NCBI RefSeq assembly: GCF_963921235.1
Contig: NC_086118.1
Coordinates: forward strand, 27,964,001 to 28,024,000
Source: Mobula hypostoma
Taxonomy: Eukaryota
Reading direction: 5' to 3'
DNA: 60,000 nt
This document shows positions 37,611-49,833 of the stretch, one piece after another. The translations under genes were made by a program, and so were the position numbers. The first letter of the stretch is position 1. Each line of letters begins with the position of its first letter. The notes under the pieces were generated by a model, which saw only the letters and a program-made list of their open reading frames with translations, had not been told where the DNA came from and did not search any database.

Positions 37611-37927
37611 ATGTGTGGGCACGTGGCCAAGTGGTTAAGGCATTGGACTAGTGACCTGAAGGTCCTGAGTTTGAGCCCCAGCCGAGGGAACGTGTTGTGT
37701 CCTTGAGCAAGGCACTTAATCACACATTGCTCTGCAATGACACTGGTGCCAAGCTGTATGGGTGTATGTATGCCTTTCCCTTGGACAACATCGGTGTCAT
37801 GGAGAGGGGAGACTTGCAGCATGGGCAACTGCTGGTCTTCCATACAAACTTGCCCAGGCCTGCGCCCTGGAGAGTGAAGACTTTCCAGGCGCAGATCCAT
37901 GGTCTTGCAAGACTAACGGATGCCTTA
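37611..37927 (+). mobile_element. tRNA(Thr-AGT-like)-derived CORE-like SINE, 11-bp TSD AATGACAGTCA
   Basis: A box tggccaagtgg, B box gtttgagcc and core tgtgtccttgagcaaggcacttaa. TSD at 37600-37610 and 37928-37938. Confidence 0.88.
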
Positions 37928-38369
37928 AATGACAGTCACAAGAGGGACCCTACTCAGACACAGGCAGTTAGAGATTGGCCACAGCCATCCAATGTGGAGC
38001 AAGTTCAACTATTCCTGGGATTTGTCAACTTTTACAGTAAGTTCATCATGAATTTCTGGTCAAGCTGGTGTCTGTGTACAATGCTCCCATTGTCAACATT
38101 TTCTGGATAGATCACAAAACTATTTATTACACTTGTTTTCTGTCTTTTACATCTGGTTTTCATCTTGAATGTGTTTCTGGAACAGTTGGAACATGGGATT
38201 TCCAGTTTGGAAGTCCACTGCTTTGTTGTCTCTAAGAGGATTTCAGAAGGCAGATCCTAGAGATGAAAAGGCTGTGGGGGGGAGGGGAGAACGTGAGCCA
38301 ATGTTTGACTCCATTTCACTGATTAAAGCTTCTATTCTTCATCAATTAAAGCAAAGAGGGAAATTGAAA

Positions 38370-39745
38370 ACGCAAACACGAGGAAATCTGCAGCCGCTGG
38401 AAATTCAAGGAACACACACAAAATGCTGGTGGAACGCAGCAGACCAGATAGCATCCATAGGAAGAAGCACAGTCGACATTTCGGGCCGAGACCCTTCGTC
38501 AGGACTAACTGAAAGAAGAGACAGTAAGAGGGGGAGGGGGAGATCTGAAATGATAGGAGAAGACAGGAGGGAGAGGGATAAAGCTAAGAGCTGGAAAGTT
38601 GATTGGCAAAAAGGATACAAGGCTGGAGAAGGGAGACGATCATGGGACGGGAGGCCTGGGGAGAAAGAAAGGGGGAAGGGGGTGGGAAGCATCAGAAGAT
38701 GATGGAAAGCAGGCAAGGAGTTATTGTGAGAGGGACGGAGAGAGAAAAAAGAGAGAGAAAAGAAGAAAAAAAGAGGGAAAAAAATAAATAAACAAACAAA
38801 CAAATAAATAAGGGATGGGGTAAGAAGGGGAGGAGGGGCATTAACGGAAGTTAGAGAAGTCAATGTTCATACCATCAGGTTGGGGACTACCCAGACAGAA
38901 TATAAGGTGTTGTTCCTCCAACCTGAATGTGGCTTCATCTTGACAGTAGAGGAGGCCATGGATAGACATATCAGAATGGGAATGGGACGTGGAATTAAAA
39001 TGTGTGGCCACTGGGAGATCCTGTTGTCTCTGGCGGACAGAGAGTAGGTGTTCAGTGAAACGTTCTCCCACTCTGTGTTGAGTCTCACAAAATATATAGA
39101 AGGCCGCACCGGGATCACCGGATGCAGTATATCACACCAGCCGACTCACAGGTGAAGGGTCGCCTAACCTGGAAGGACTGTCTGGGGCCCTGAATGGTGG
39201 TGAGACAGCTTATCTACTGATGTCTATTATAAGCCTACGGACTCTCACAGCTACCTGGACTATTCCTCTTCCCACCCTGTCTCTTGCAAAAATGCCATCC
39301 CCTTCTTGCAATTCCTCCATCTCCGCCGCATCTGCTCTAAGGGTGAGGCTTTTCATTCCAGGACGAAGGAGATGTCCTCCTTTTTTAAAGAAATGGGCTT
39401 CCCTTCCTCCACTATCAACTCTGCTCTCAAACACATCTCTCCCATTTCATGCACATCTACTCTCACTCCATCCTCCCGCCACCCCACTAGGAATAGGGTT
39501 CCCCTTGTCCTCACCTACCACCCCACCAGCCTCTGGGTCCAACATATTATTCTCCGTAACTTCCGCCACCTCCAACGGGATCCTACCACTAAGCACATCT
39601 TTCCCTCCCCTTTCTCTGCTTTCCGCAAGGATCACTCCCTACGCGACTCCCTTGTCCATTCGTCCCCCCACCATCCCTCCCCACTGACCTCCCTCTTGGC
39701 ACTTATCCTTGTAAGCGGAACAAGTGCTACACATGCGCTTACACT
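38370..39745 (-). mobile_element. Penelope-like element with 5' inversion (sense on the minus strand 39207-38370; inverted segment 39208-39745)
   Basis: Minus: LTTIQGPRQSFQV..VIYCIR..CGLLYI..GERFTEHL..GMNIDFSNF (GIY-YIG). Plus: LSTDVYYKPTDSHSYLDYSSSHP..LRRICS..VPLVLTYHP..SLRDSLVHS..CKRNKCYTC. Confidence 0.92.
38471..38506 (-). ncRNA. minimal type I hammerhead ribozyme motif
   Basis: Minus strand: AGTC-CTGACGA-A-GGGT-CTCG-GCCC-GAAATGTC-GACT. Stems I and II are intact; the ACGT palindrome is changed to ATGT. Confidence 0.72.
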
Positions 39746-40659
39746 TGTGGCATTTTTGTGCATGCAGAGCATGGTCTGGGGAGGTTCGATTTTCTTCTTG
39801 TGTTTTTTTTTGTTAGTTTCTTTGTGCAGGGAGAGGGCAATTTGGAGGCTGATTCTTTTTTGCATTTCGTGTGGGGGAGGGGGCCCGCTGAACACTGGTG
39901 CCAGCTAGTCAAATGTTTTATTTTTGCCATTGTGCTTCTCAGTTGTTTTGCTAGGTGACATTGTTCTTCGTGGACTGGGGAGCATTTGGACCGGAGAACA
40001 GTGTTTGATTCCTGAAAGGGATATCTTGGATCTGGCTCTCATCCATGATTGTCTCTCTAAGCTGCAGGGTCATCAAGAGTAGGCAGTAGGGGAGGGGGAC
40101 CTGTTACAATATCTACCCAACCAAGTCAGCTCCCAATGTTTAGATGCTCCGACTTTCCTGAAAATGGATAGCTGGTGTGACCCCTTTAAAGATTCGAGCC
40201 TGACCCCTAATTGGCAGCCATGTTTTGATGCCAGGATTTTAATATTTAAAAAGCACCTGAGCTGAGATTCACTGTTCAATCATCAGCTCTACTTTGGATA
40301 CTCAGCTAGTGTTTAGATCAGAATCCTGTTTTCATTTCAGTCTCCTATCATGTCTCGACTCTAGTCTCAGATACTCAAGCACTTGGGTCCTAACCATCCC
40401 CGCCTGGATCTTCCGTCACAAAAGTTGAGCATCCTTCATAATTGACATTTCAGGACCAGGTAAACAAGACAAATCTACTGTATTTTTTTTACCAGGCTAG
40501 ACTGTTCTTTATTTGTTAGGGCACTAGACATTTTTCTTGAGGTTCAGCAGTCTCTCAACTTCTCAGGGTGGCTGTTCTGAGACTCCCTTATGTGCTTGAG
40601 TTGCTTGTTCTGTAACCATGGTTAGCTCACAAGGATGCGTTAGCACCTCTCTACTTTTC

Positions 40660-40785
40660 CACGTTCCTGCCACCACTTGTAAGGAATTTGTATGTTCTCC
40701 CCGAGACTCTGTGCTTTTCCTCCAGGAGCACTGGTTTCCTCCCACAGTCCAAAGGCCTACTAGTTAGTAAATTAATTGTCAGTAT
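40660..40785 (+). mobile_element. V-core SINE fragment
   Basis: gtaaggaatttgtatgttctcccc...ggtttcctcccacagtccaaag. Confidence 0.7.
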
Positions 40786-41115
40786 TTGTATTATTATATT
40801 TACATAATTATATATAAATGTTATAAAGATATATTATATTTATATGTATTGCTATCATAATATTTATATAATTGATATTATTTAATTGATAAATATACTA
40901 CTATTATTATTTATATTATTATATTTACCATTTAAGATAATTCATAGTTGCAGTTACCGAATTATGCAACCAAAGGAAATGTTGAATTTTGTGTATGTTA
41001 ACTGAAACTCCAAAAGAGCATAAAGCAAGAGTGAAACAAAATGTGTGAAAGAAGTCTAACTTTGATATGGTCAAAGTGGCATTTGATAGCGTTATCTTAG
41101 CAATTAGAATTAATA

Positions 41116-42197
41116 TGTCATAATGTAGGCATTGGTGGCGGACCCAAAAGCAAGACACAGACACTGAGGTACTAGGAACAGGACTAGGTGTGTCAAGGAA
41201 GCAAGGGAAGTGGGGAAGAAATGATGCTGGACAAGTCACAGGCCCTGGACGAGACTAGGATACAGGGCCTGGGCTAGGACTAGACTAGGAAAGCGGGACC
41301 TGGACGAGGAAAAAGGAACTTGAAACCTGGACAAGGACTCCAAGCCACAGACTGGACAGGGATCTGGAACCTGGGTCTTCACTCGGGCTTGGACCCCAGA
41401 TCTAGGCGAGGACAAGACATGGCTATAGGAGTGGACGTGGAACTCCTGCACAGGACGAGAACACAAAGCTTTGGCTTGGACTAGACGAGGTACTTGGACA
41501 TGGCTTGGACTAGACGAGGCACTCCTGAGCTGGGCAAGGCACCAGGGCAGGATGAGACCCCAAAGCCTTGACTTGGTCTTGGGAGACAGGAACGCAGAAC
41601 CCAGAACCCAGAGCCTTGATCTTGGGAGACAGGAATGCAGAACACAGATCCTTGGTCTTGAGAGACAGGAATATTGAACACAGAGCCGGGACCCCTCCTT
41701 GGGAACAGGACGTAGGGCCGGGACTCATACATGGACCACAGAGAGACAGTTCCCAGCACAAGGTTGTGACAAACGGCCGGAACTACCTTGCGAAGTCGTG
41801 GACACAGAGATGGTTCCCAACACAAGGCAACGGCAAACAGCCAGACCTACCTAGTGAAAGCATGGACACAGAAACAGTTCCAAACAACAATAGACAGTTC
41901 TTTATCTAGACACAGCAAGGCTCCGGTCTTGCTCCTGCGGTAGAACTTGACAGTGATACAGGTGAGGACGCAGGCGAGGTTGCAGGCAAGGCTTCAGGAG
42001 GAAGGGGAAGGGAAGAGAAGGGGACAGTCCCGCAACTGAAGCTGAACCCAGGAGCTATTTATGTAGCCAGCCCAAAATGGGAATCATATGCCTCAATTAA
42101 GGCTCCAACAGAACAAGTGAAAACCGGAAAACCTGGAATACGGATCAATGGACCGGACCGTGACCAGAATGCGGACTTCACGAACCGGACCATAACA
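41116..42197 (-). mobile_element. solo LTR, family X copy 2, TSD TAATA/TAATG
   Basis: tgtcataatg...ggaccataaca is the reverse-complement homologue of 18278-19245. Confidence 0.88.
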
Positions 42198-42631
42198 TAA
42201 TGCTTCTATGTCTTCTGTGCAAGAAATTCATGCACCTATGGCCAAGTTTGTAAATATACTAGAGGGTGGTACAGCGAGGACTATTCGTTTGCATTTGTTA
42301 AGTGCATCAATTTTGTGACTCAAAAAAGGATAATGGATGAATTGCGGAAATCTGCTTTTCATATTCTGATTGCTGACATAAGTACAGACATTTCTGCAAA
42401 GAAGTGTTAATTTTATTTTTAAAGTTTCGACCAGAAAATGTAACTTCCTATGTTGACTGTGTTTGTGGGTATTTTGAAACTAACTGCATGTGACAGAACC
42501 GCTATTGTTGCAGCAATAAACATTGTTATGAATTCAATCAGATGTAAATCCAGAAACAGTCTAGAAGTGGGACATTTGGATGATATAATGAGGATCAAGA
42601 AGTACCTTTCATCTGGATGCAAAATTAATCT

Positions 42632-43012
42632 AGGGTTTTACTCTTTGGAGAGAAGGAGGATGAGAGGAGACATGATAGAGGTGTACAAGATATTAAGAGG
42701 AATAGATAGAGTGGACAGCCAGTGCCCCTTCCCCTGGGCACCACTGCTCAATACAAAAGGACATGGCTTTAAGGTAAAGGGTGGGAAGTTTAAGGGGGAT
42801 ATTAGAGGAAGGTTTTTTACTCAGAGAATGGTTGGTGCGTGGAATGCACTGCCTGAGTCAGTGGTGGAGGCAGATACACTAGTGAAATTTAAGAGACTAC
42901 TAGACAGATATATGGAGGAATTTAAGGTGGGGGGTTATATGGGAGGCACGGTTTGAGGATCGGCACAACATTGTGGGCCGAAGGGCCTGTACTGTGCTGT
43001 ACTATTCTATTC
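42632..43012 (+). mobile_element. young CR1 3' end
   Basis: LGFYSLERRRMRGDMIEVYKILRGIDRVD. Closely matches the reverse complement of 11745-12125. Confidence 0.9.
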
Positions 43013-43354
43013 TCTATATAAAATGATTGAATAAACTGCACGTACTTTGTGCTTTTGTGTCCCACATAAATGAGACTTTACATTGTGGAGTGGATTTCAT
43101 GAAGTTCGGGATGTAGTGAATACACAAATTGTATTTTACAATTTTGAAAATTATTTGTCAGTTCTGAATAATTTGAAATAATAACACTTTCCCTCTTACT
43201 ACACATACAATCATTTTCTACTCGTCCTTGGTTTTAGACATCCATAGAACTTCTTTTCAGCTTGTGCCTGTGTAAAATATTATTAATTTTGAATCTGGGA
43301 TGGATTCATCTTTGATCATTATCAACAATGATAACTTAACCTTTCACTGATAAT

Positions 43355-43820
43355 ACAGTCAGTAGCCATTTTAATAGGTACACCTGTATACCTGCTCATT
43401 AATGCAGCACCTCAATGCATGAAAGCATGCAGACTTGGACAAGAGATTTAATTGTTGTTCAAACCAAACATCAGAATGGGGAAGAAATGTAATCATTGTG
43501 ACCTTGACCGTGAAATGATCGCTGCCGCTTGACGGGGTGCTTTCAGTATCTCTGAATCTATCGATCTGCTGGCAATTTCATGCACAACAGTCTCTAAAGT
43601 TTGCAGAGAATGGTGCAAAACATGAAATAAAACATCCCGCGAGTGACAGTCCTGTACATGAAAACACCTTGTTAATGAGAAATATCAAGGGAGAGCGGCC
43701 AGACTGGCAGAAGCTCACAGGAAAGCGACATTAACTCAGATAACCATGCACTACAACAGTAGAGTGCAGAAAAGCATCTTTAAACACACAACGTATTGAA
43801 CTTTGAAGTGGATAGGCACA
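43355..43820 (+). mobile_element. Tc1-like non-autonomous transposon fragment
   Basis: tacagtcagtagccattttaataggta TIR, then MGKKCNHCDLDREMI..GAFSISESIDLL. Same family as 22040-22620. Confidence 0.75.
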
Positions 43821-45002
43821 ACGAAAGATGAGTTCATCCTTGATTTTGGTTTCCCGCAAGTTTGTTGGTCTCTGATACTCTGCTTATCTATTAATTTTCT
43901 CTGACTAACCAGCTGAGTTCCTCCAGCAGTTTGTTTTTGGCCTAAAAGGTTAGCTCTGTTTCTCTCTCCACTAATGTTGCCTAAGCTGCTAAGTATTTGT
44001 AATAATTTCTCTTTCTATTTTAAAACCTCAATTTTCATCCAAAATTTTGAGCACCTGAGGAAGTTGCTCTATTCCTCTTGTCGTTCTGGTTGACATCAGC
44101 TGCCTCAGAATTTTCTCAGGCCCATCTATGAGAAAACTGCTGGAACAAGAAGTAAAATCCTGCATTTGGCAGAAATTTCAAATTGCGGGATTTGCTAAGT
44201 GGTTTTGGTAACATTTTCTAAGAGATCTTAAAAAGGTCACTGGCTAGTTTGCAGGATTCTACCCTAGTCTAAACAATGTAGTTTCATTAGTAAGGAAAGA
44301 CCTGACAGGTTCCTTCAGAAAGCCACCAGCAATTAAATCTAAGGTGAATTATTGTAGTGTTGGTTCACCTCTAAACCGCTCTTGTGCTAAAATTTGGGAG
44401 TATTGGATTAAAATAATAGCAATAGACATTCTGCTTATTTGCATTTATGAGATTAAGCACATAAAGTTCAATCCACATTTTGAAAAAATGTGCTGCTATT
44501 TTAGCAACATATTTACATCGTGAGGAAATGAAAGCATCAATACGGATGTGAGAACTTTCATACACAATTGATCTATAAACAGTTGTAGATGTGAAAGTCA
44601 CACAGTCGTGATTTGAATGCTTATGAATATATGTCGGTAAAACACAAGCTGAGAAAACCTAAGGAACAATGTTTAAAAATCCTTTGACATACGGTCCTTC
44701 ACTCCCTATAATTAATACACAATAAAATTGAATTGGCTGATAATCTTAAGGAAAATTGAAGACTCCCATGGAGGTTAAATATGTACAGATTGAGTGCACA
44801 TTCACAAAGTAAAAGGGAGAGTGAGGATTAACACAAGTAATTAATCTCTTAGTCAGCAAACAATTAATCTCTCACATCAAAGAAATTCTGATCTTTGCAA
44901 CTAACATTGTTCATATAGTAGTCTGCATTTTGTTTTCCTCCTTTAGTGTCCATGATAAGCCACTTGGAAGTGGATTGTATTTAGAATTTCAAAAGAAAGA
45001 AA

Positions 45003-45200
45003 CCGCTGCACATCTGAAATAAAAACAGAAAATGCTGAGATACTCAGATGATCGGGCAACATGCATGCATTAATAAAGTTAATATTTCAGGTGAAGGAAC
45101 TTTAATCTTTCTAATGAAGTTCATTGACATGAAATACAGTGTTTCTCCTTCCAGTAGTGTGTCTGATCTTTCAATCATTGACAGATTTTCTGTTTTTTTT
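45003..45200. mobile_element. old Penelope terminal fold-back remnant
   Basis: aaaacagaaaatgctgaga...ctcag and ...tgacagattttctgtttt form inverted ends. Confidence 0.45.
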
Positions 45201-46199
45201 TGTATTAACTAAATGCAATATAAACAGAGTGAATATCTGCAGCCCGCATGTTGCTGGTCCGTTAGTAACTCTAATATATTTTGCTATGATCACGGTGAGG
45301 TCTTTGACTACTTGGTTAGGAGCAGAGGATGGTGTCGGGGAGCTGACGGAGGTCAGCTGCTGCAGGGTCCTGTGTTGTATCACTTGATGTCATGCTGCAG
45401 TTGGTAAGAACCAATTACTTTTTCTTTCTGTTGAAGGAGATGTCACCAGGAAGATATGGCTGGCAATAAATACAGAAGTCCACTGCAGGAGTGCAATTCA
45501 GGAGCTCTGTGAGTCACTGCTACACGTAGTGTGGTAATTCATTAAATCTGTAATAGTGAACATAGTGGCACATTCACTAGTGCACATTATTCATATTCAC
45601 ACATCCTTTCTTCCTTCAGCTGCAGCACAGTACTCTTCAGTCCAACCCTTGATACATTACTCCTTACATAAGCTCACCTTGTACATACGCACATCTAATT
45701 GTACATTGCGTAATGTCTCCTACTGTGCAGCCACTACCGACCATGCCACAGCCCTCCCTAATCATCGCCTTCCACAGTTACACCCCACTTATCTGGCATT
45801 CCTCTTCCGACAATTTTACCAGGCCTTTTATCACATCAGCAAAGGTGACCGTGGAGATAATGAACATGGTAAGATGCATATCTATTAAACTGAAATCCCA
45901 CAGCAAGCTGTATCATACTTCTGCAGTCTCACCTGTACTTTTTTCCATACATGCTGGCTGACCTCCTGAATTCCTCTAGCATTTTGTGTTTTTTTTGTGC
46001 ATAGTGCATTTAGCATTTTATGCTGTACATGAAGCAGCCCAGAGTAACACGTGATGGATACAAACATGGAACACCCTGTACAGCACAGTACAGACCTTTC
46101 AACCCACAAGTTCTGCCAGTCTTTTAACTTACTCCAAGATATATCTAACCTTACTCTACCACATAGTCCTCCAATATGTTTCACCCATGTGTTTACCTG

Positions 46200-46555
46200 A
46201 TCATCATCATTATGTGTTGTGTTGAATGATGTGGGTGATCATGGTCTATGAACATGATAGCTCGTGGTGAATGTTTCTAGCTAAGTGGCTTGCTATTGCC
46301 TTCTTAACAGTGTCTTTACAAGATGGATGACCTTATCCATACTCTTCAAAGATTATCTGCCTGGTGTCAGTGGTCGCTTAACCAGGACTTCTGGTATACA
46401 CCAGCTGCTCATCCGACCATCCCATGACTTCATGTGACCCTGATCGGGGAGCTAAGCAGGTGCTACACCTTGGCCAAGGGTGACCTGCTGACTAGTGGAG
46501 GGAAGAAGCGCCTTACCTGTCCTTTGGTAGAGATATAACTCCACCTCACCTATCC
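46200..46555 (-). mobile_element. RTE-derived non-autonomous retroposon nested in an antisense CR1 (46060-46805)
   Basis: Reverse-complement homologue of 3318-3682, with a (TCA)n tail. Confidence 0.6.
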
Positions 46556-47019
46556 AAGTCTCTTAAATGTCCCTAATGCACCTATTTCTACCACTACCCC
46601 TACCACACCACTACCTCAACAGTGAGTTTCCTTTACTGTGTAAAAAAATATCTCTGACATCTTTTCTACAGTTTCCTCCAATCACCTTCAAATTATGCCT
46701 TCTCATATTAACTATTTCCACCTTGGAGAAAAGACACTGGCTGTCCACTCTACCTATGCCTCTCATCATCTTATACATCTCTACCAGGTCAACCTTCATC
46801 CTCCTTCTATCAGGCCTGAACAGGCAGGCACCTCCTAGTCTCCAGCTAGCTAACAGAAATCACCTGCAACCCTTTTCCAACTCATCACCTGCAGCCTGTT
46901 TGAACCCAGCTCTCATCCACACTTATTGAACCTGTCAGCCTCAACCAGTTGCTTCTCGCTTTCAGTTACCTTGTTGCCTGTTGTGTATAGTATCTGTTGT
47001 TTCTTGTTTTCAGTAGGTT

Positions 47020-47850
47020 TCATTAGGCATGCTTAATGTCAGAGAAATGTATACGATGTACACCCTGAAGTTCTTTTTCTTCACAAACATCCACCAAAAC
47101 AGAGGAGTGCCCCAAAGAATGTATGACAGTTAAATGTTAGAACCCCAAAGCCCCCCTCAACTCTCAGCTCCCAGGCATAAGCAGCAGCAAAACAACAACC
47201 CCCCCCCCACCCAACACCAGCAGAAAGCAATGGCAACCCTGACCAATCACTCAAGCATGCAGCAAAGCATCAATAAAGACACAGACATGTAGTAACCCAG
47301 AGACTACTCGTTCACCCGGTAATTTGACATACCACAGGCTCTCTCTCTTGCCCTAATAAGGGAAAAAGATGTGTCCCTGTTTTGCAGCGAGAGGGGAGAC
47401 ATAACAAAACAACTCGCTGATTTATGGTGTTAAAAGTCCGTAGTGTTGTTTTTTCCAAGCTCCGTGCCCAAAGAATTTGGGTCCCTGGGCACACAACCAG
47501 CAGCCAGCTGGCTGATTTCAATCTCCTGTGTACTCCCACAACACATCAGGCAGCAGCACCAGCCCTGAATCCACCCGTCTCCAGATCCACGAAAATCCAG
47601 CACCCTGAAGGCGCACTAGTCTTCCAGGCTGCATCCTTGGGATATCAAAAAGCAGCTGGTCGTGAAGCCCTGAGAGCAAGTCCCATTCCACAGAGAACCC
47701 AAGTCAGCATGTAACTCCAGGTCAGGGCCTTCAAAAGAACCTTGAAAGGGAAAAAAACAGATATCAAAGATAGAAATAGAGCTGTGTCTGAAGATGCAAG
47801 CAAAGGAGTTGCCATTAGGTGCCAGCATCCTCCTTAGCTCCACCCACATT
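47020..47850 (-). mobile_element. non-autonomous LINE-derived repeat inserted in the Gypsy D LTR
   Basis: Interrupts LTR-like sequence. Rex-like tail agaaatgtatacgatgtacaccctgaa, similar to 10555-10590. Confidence 0.45.
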
Positions 47851-49833
47851 TTGTGGCTTCTTGTTATTTTATATTTTATTAGTAAAGGATCTTTACTGCT
47901 AAATCATCTCTGCTGCTCTGCTTTTGAGTCAAGCCTTCTCTACATTTCCCTATAGGTTCAGTGAACTTGCGATTGACCCGAGAGAATTTGTTTGCATAAA
48001 GGAGCTTGTCCATCAATATGAGCACGTGATCCAGAAGCAGCAGGACATCATTAACCGTCTGCTTGCCACTCTCAATCACAACCCCAAACCAGTCAGCCTC
48101 CTCCCATGGAACCCCAGATTCCAGAGCTCAAACGCTTTGACGGAATATCAGACCAATCTGCAACTTCCCATCCTGGCGCATCTTGCGCTTTGAGCTCCAA
48201 CCAGCTCTGTACTTCACGAACTAAGCTAAGATCTCCTTCATCATTTTTCTCCTGACTGGATGAGTTCTGACCTGGGCTGTCGTTAATTGGGACAATAAGA
48301 TCCACAGTTGTAACAGATATGAGGACTTCACTCTGAAATGTGCCAGGTTTTCGACCATCCATGCTGTGGAAGGGGAGTCAACTGATCAAATACTTTGCCT
48401 GTGTCAAGACTCACGCTTGATGCAGCAGGATTGTGGAAGCCTGTCAGCCTATCACAGAGCATTTGAAAGACAAACTGCCTACCCAGAGGATGCCCACCTA
48501 CCTTGAAAGCCTCATCACTCTGGCCCTCCATATTGACAAAGTCTTATGGAACAATCTTTCAGATTGTCAGTCAGGGCCCTCACTTCCTTTCCCAGAACTA
48601 TTTTAGGCTGAAGGACCATCCTTAGCAAAGCCTCCAGAACCTAGGAGATTTCCCTTAATGCCCCAAGAGCACAAGACTCGGTGGAGAAACAATTTGTGCA
48701 CAAACTTTGGAGCAGCCACTACCAGTGAGAAACAGGTAGAGATGAAGAGTCTTCTATCTGGTAAGCATCCCTGCTCTTCATTCCAGCACCATACCCCCAC
48801 TCACTCTCTCTGTCCTTCTCCTCTTTCCAACAATTCTACGCACAAAGGAGGCACCGGTGGATTCTGGCACAGCAGGCAATTTTCTGGACTGTATTTTGTG
48901 TATTCAGTTTGGATCTCCTACTGAGCCTATCTCTCACCCCTTCAGCCTCATGGCCTTTGACAGACATCCTTTGCAGACTGGGATGATCAGAGTACAGGGC
49001 CCGTGCACATCAGCATCCAAAGGCACTGCGAGTCCATCCAATTCCTCCTGATCAACTCACCCAACACACCTCTCATCTTGGCTTACCCCTGGCTCTCCAC
49101 TCATGATCCTCATTTTGTTTCATCTTCCAGTTCACTGCTGAGTTGGGGACACACCTGCTTGCAACCTCAGTTTATTTCACTCTGTAAATCACTGGAGATG
49201 AAGGATACCCTCAACTTCACCAAACTCCTACAGGGATACCACGATTTAGCCATCGCCTTCAGCAATAGGGAAGTCAGCACCCTACTACCTCACCGACTAC
49301 ACGACTGTGCAATCGAGCTCTTCCTAGGCATCACCCCTGCCTAAGGTCGTCTGTTTTCCCTCTCCCCCCACCTCGAGACCCAAAACATGAATGACAGCAT
49401 CACGGAAATGCTACAACACTGCTTCATTTAAACATCCCAGTCCCCAGCTTGTGCAGGATTCTTCTTTGTCAAAAAGAAAGATGGAGGTCTTCATCCCTGC
49501 ATTGACTGCCATGATACTTGGTGATGCCATTTGGATTTTCCAATGGTCCAGCTGTTTTCCAAGCTTTCATCTGAAACTACAACTCTCTCACCCCCCTCAC
49601 GGATTTTCTGGTCTGCTGCCGTGGACCATGCTTTTGAGGAGCTTCAGAGTTGTTTCACCATCACTCCCATCTTGCACCATCCAAACCTCTCCAGGCCATT
49701 TGCTGTAGAGGTGGATGCATCTGATGTGGGTTCCGGGTCCATCCTCTTCCAGCAGTGACTGAATGGGAAGACACTTCCTTGTGCCTTCTTCTCACACAAG
49801 TTCAACTGAACACAGCACCGTTGTGGAGTAGGA

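Larger units (their letters stand above)
34727..40420 (+). mobile_element. chromoviral (Sushi-like) Gypsy element C with both LTRs (34727-35027, 40102-40420)
   Basis: Homologous TG..CA LTRs, PPT gtaggggagggggacc and imperfect TSD ggagt/aaagt. Gag EPMQIG..CFHHCGEAGQLRAEC, protease [35 protein letters not shown] and [16 protein letters not shown], chromodomain remnant FVDWGAFGPE..IPERDILD. Confidence 0.9.
40930..43170 (+). mobile_element. old hAT transposase remnant (ZNF862-like), interrupted by solo LTR X and CR1
   Basis: FHILIADISTDIS (first catalytic-Asp region) and the C-terminal MNSIRCKSRNSLEVGHLDDIMRIK at ~42340-42610. Outer limits are uncertain. Confidence 0.5.

Noticed and set aside
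37617..37692. Functional tRNA gene (also 55141-55215 and 58021-58095)
   Set aside because: The acceptor and T stems pair poorly, each copy continues into a shared SINE body, and two copies have TSDs.
38169..38863. Long overlapping ORFs (177 aa and 152 aa)
   Set aside because: They arise from the low-complexity purine/pyrimidine-biased PLE 3' UTR, and the same peptides recur at 20848-21166.
40790..40925. Extremely AT-rich tract as an origin or regulatory element
   Set aside because: It is low-complexity TA sequence following a SINE fragment and shows no specific motif.
42450..42956. 168-aa ORF as a novel hAT-CR1 fusion gene
   Set aside because: It is a chance in-frame junction of a decayed transposase tail and an inserted CR1 3' end. 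It has a non-ATG start and no complete domain.
45213..45407. MARK-kinase-like peptide GEVFDYLV
   Set aside because: Only 8 residues match, the flanks do not resemble a kinase domain, and I found no other kinase exons in the window.
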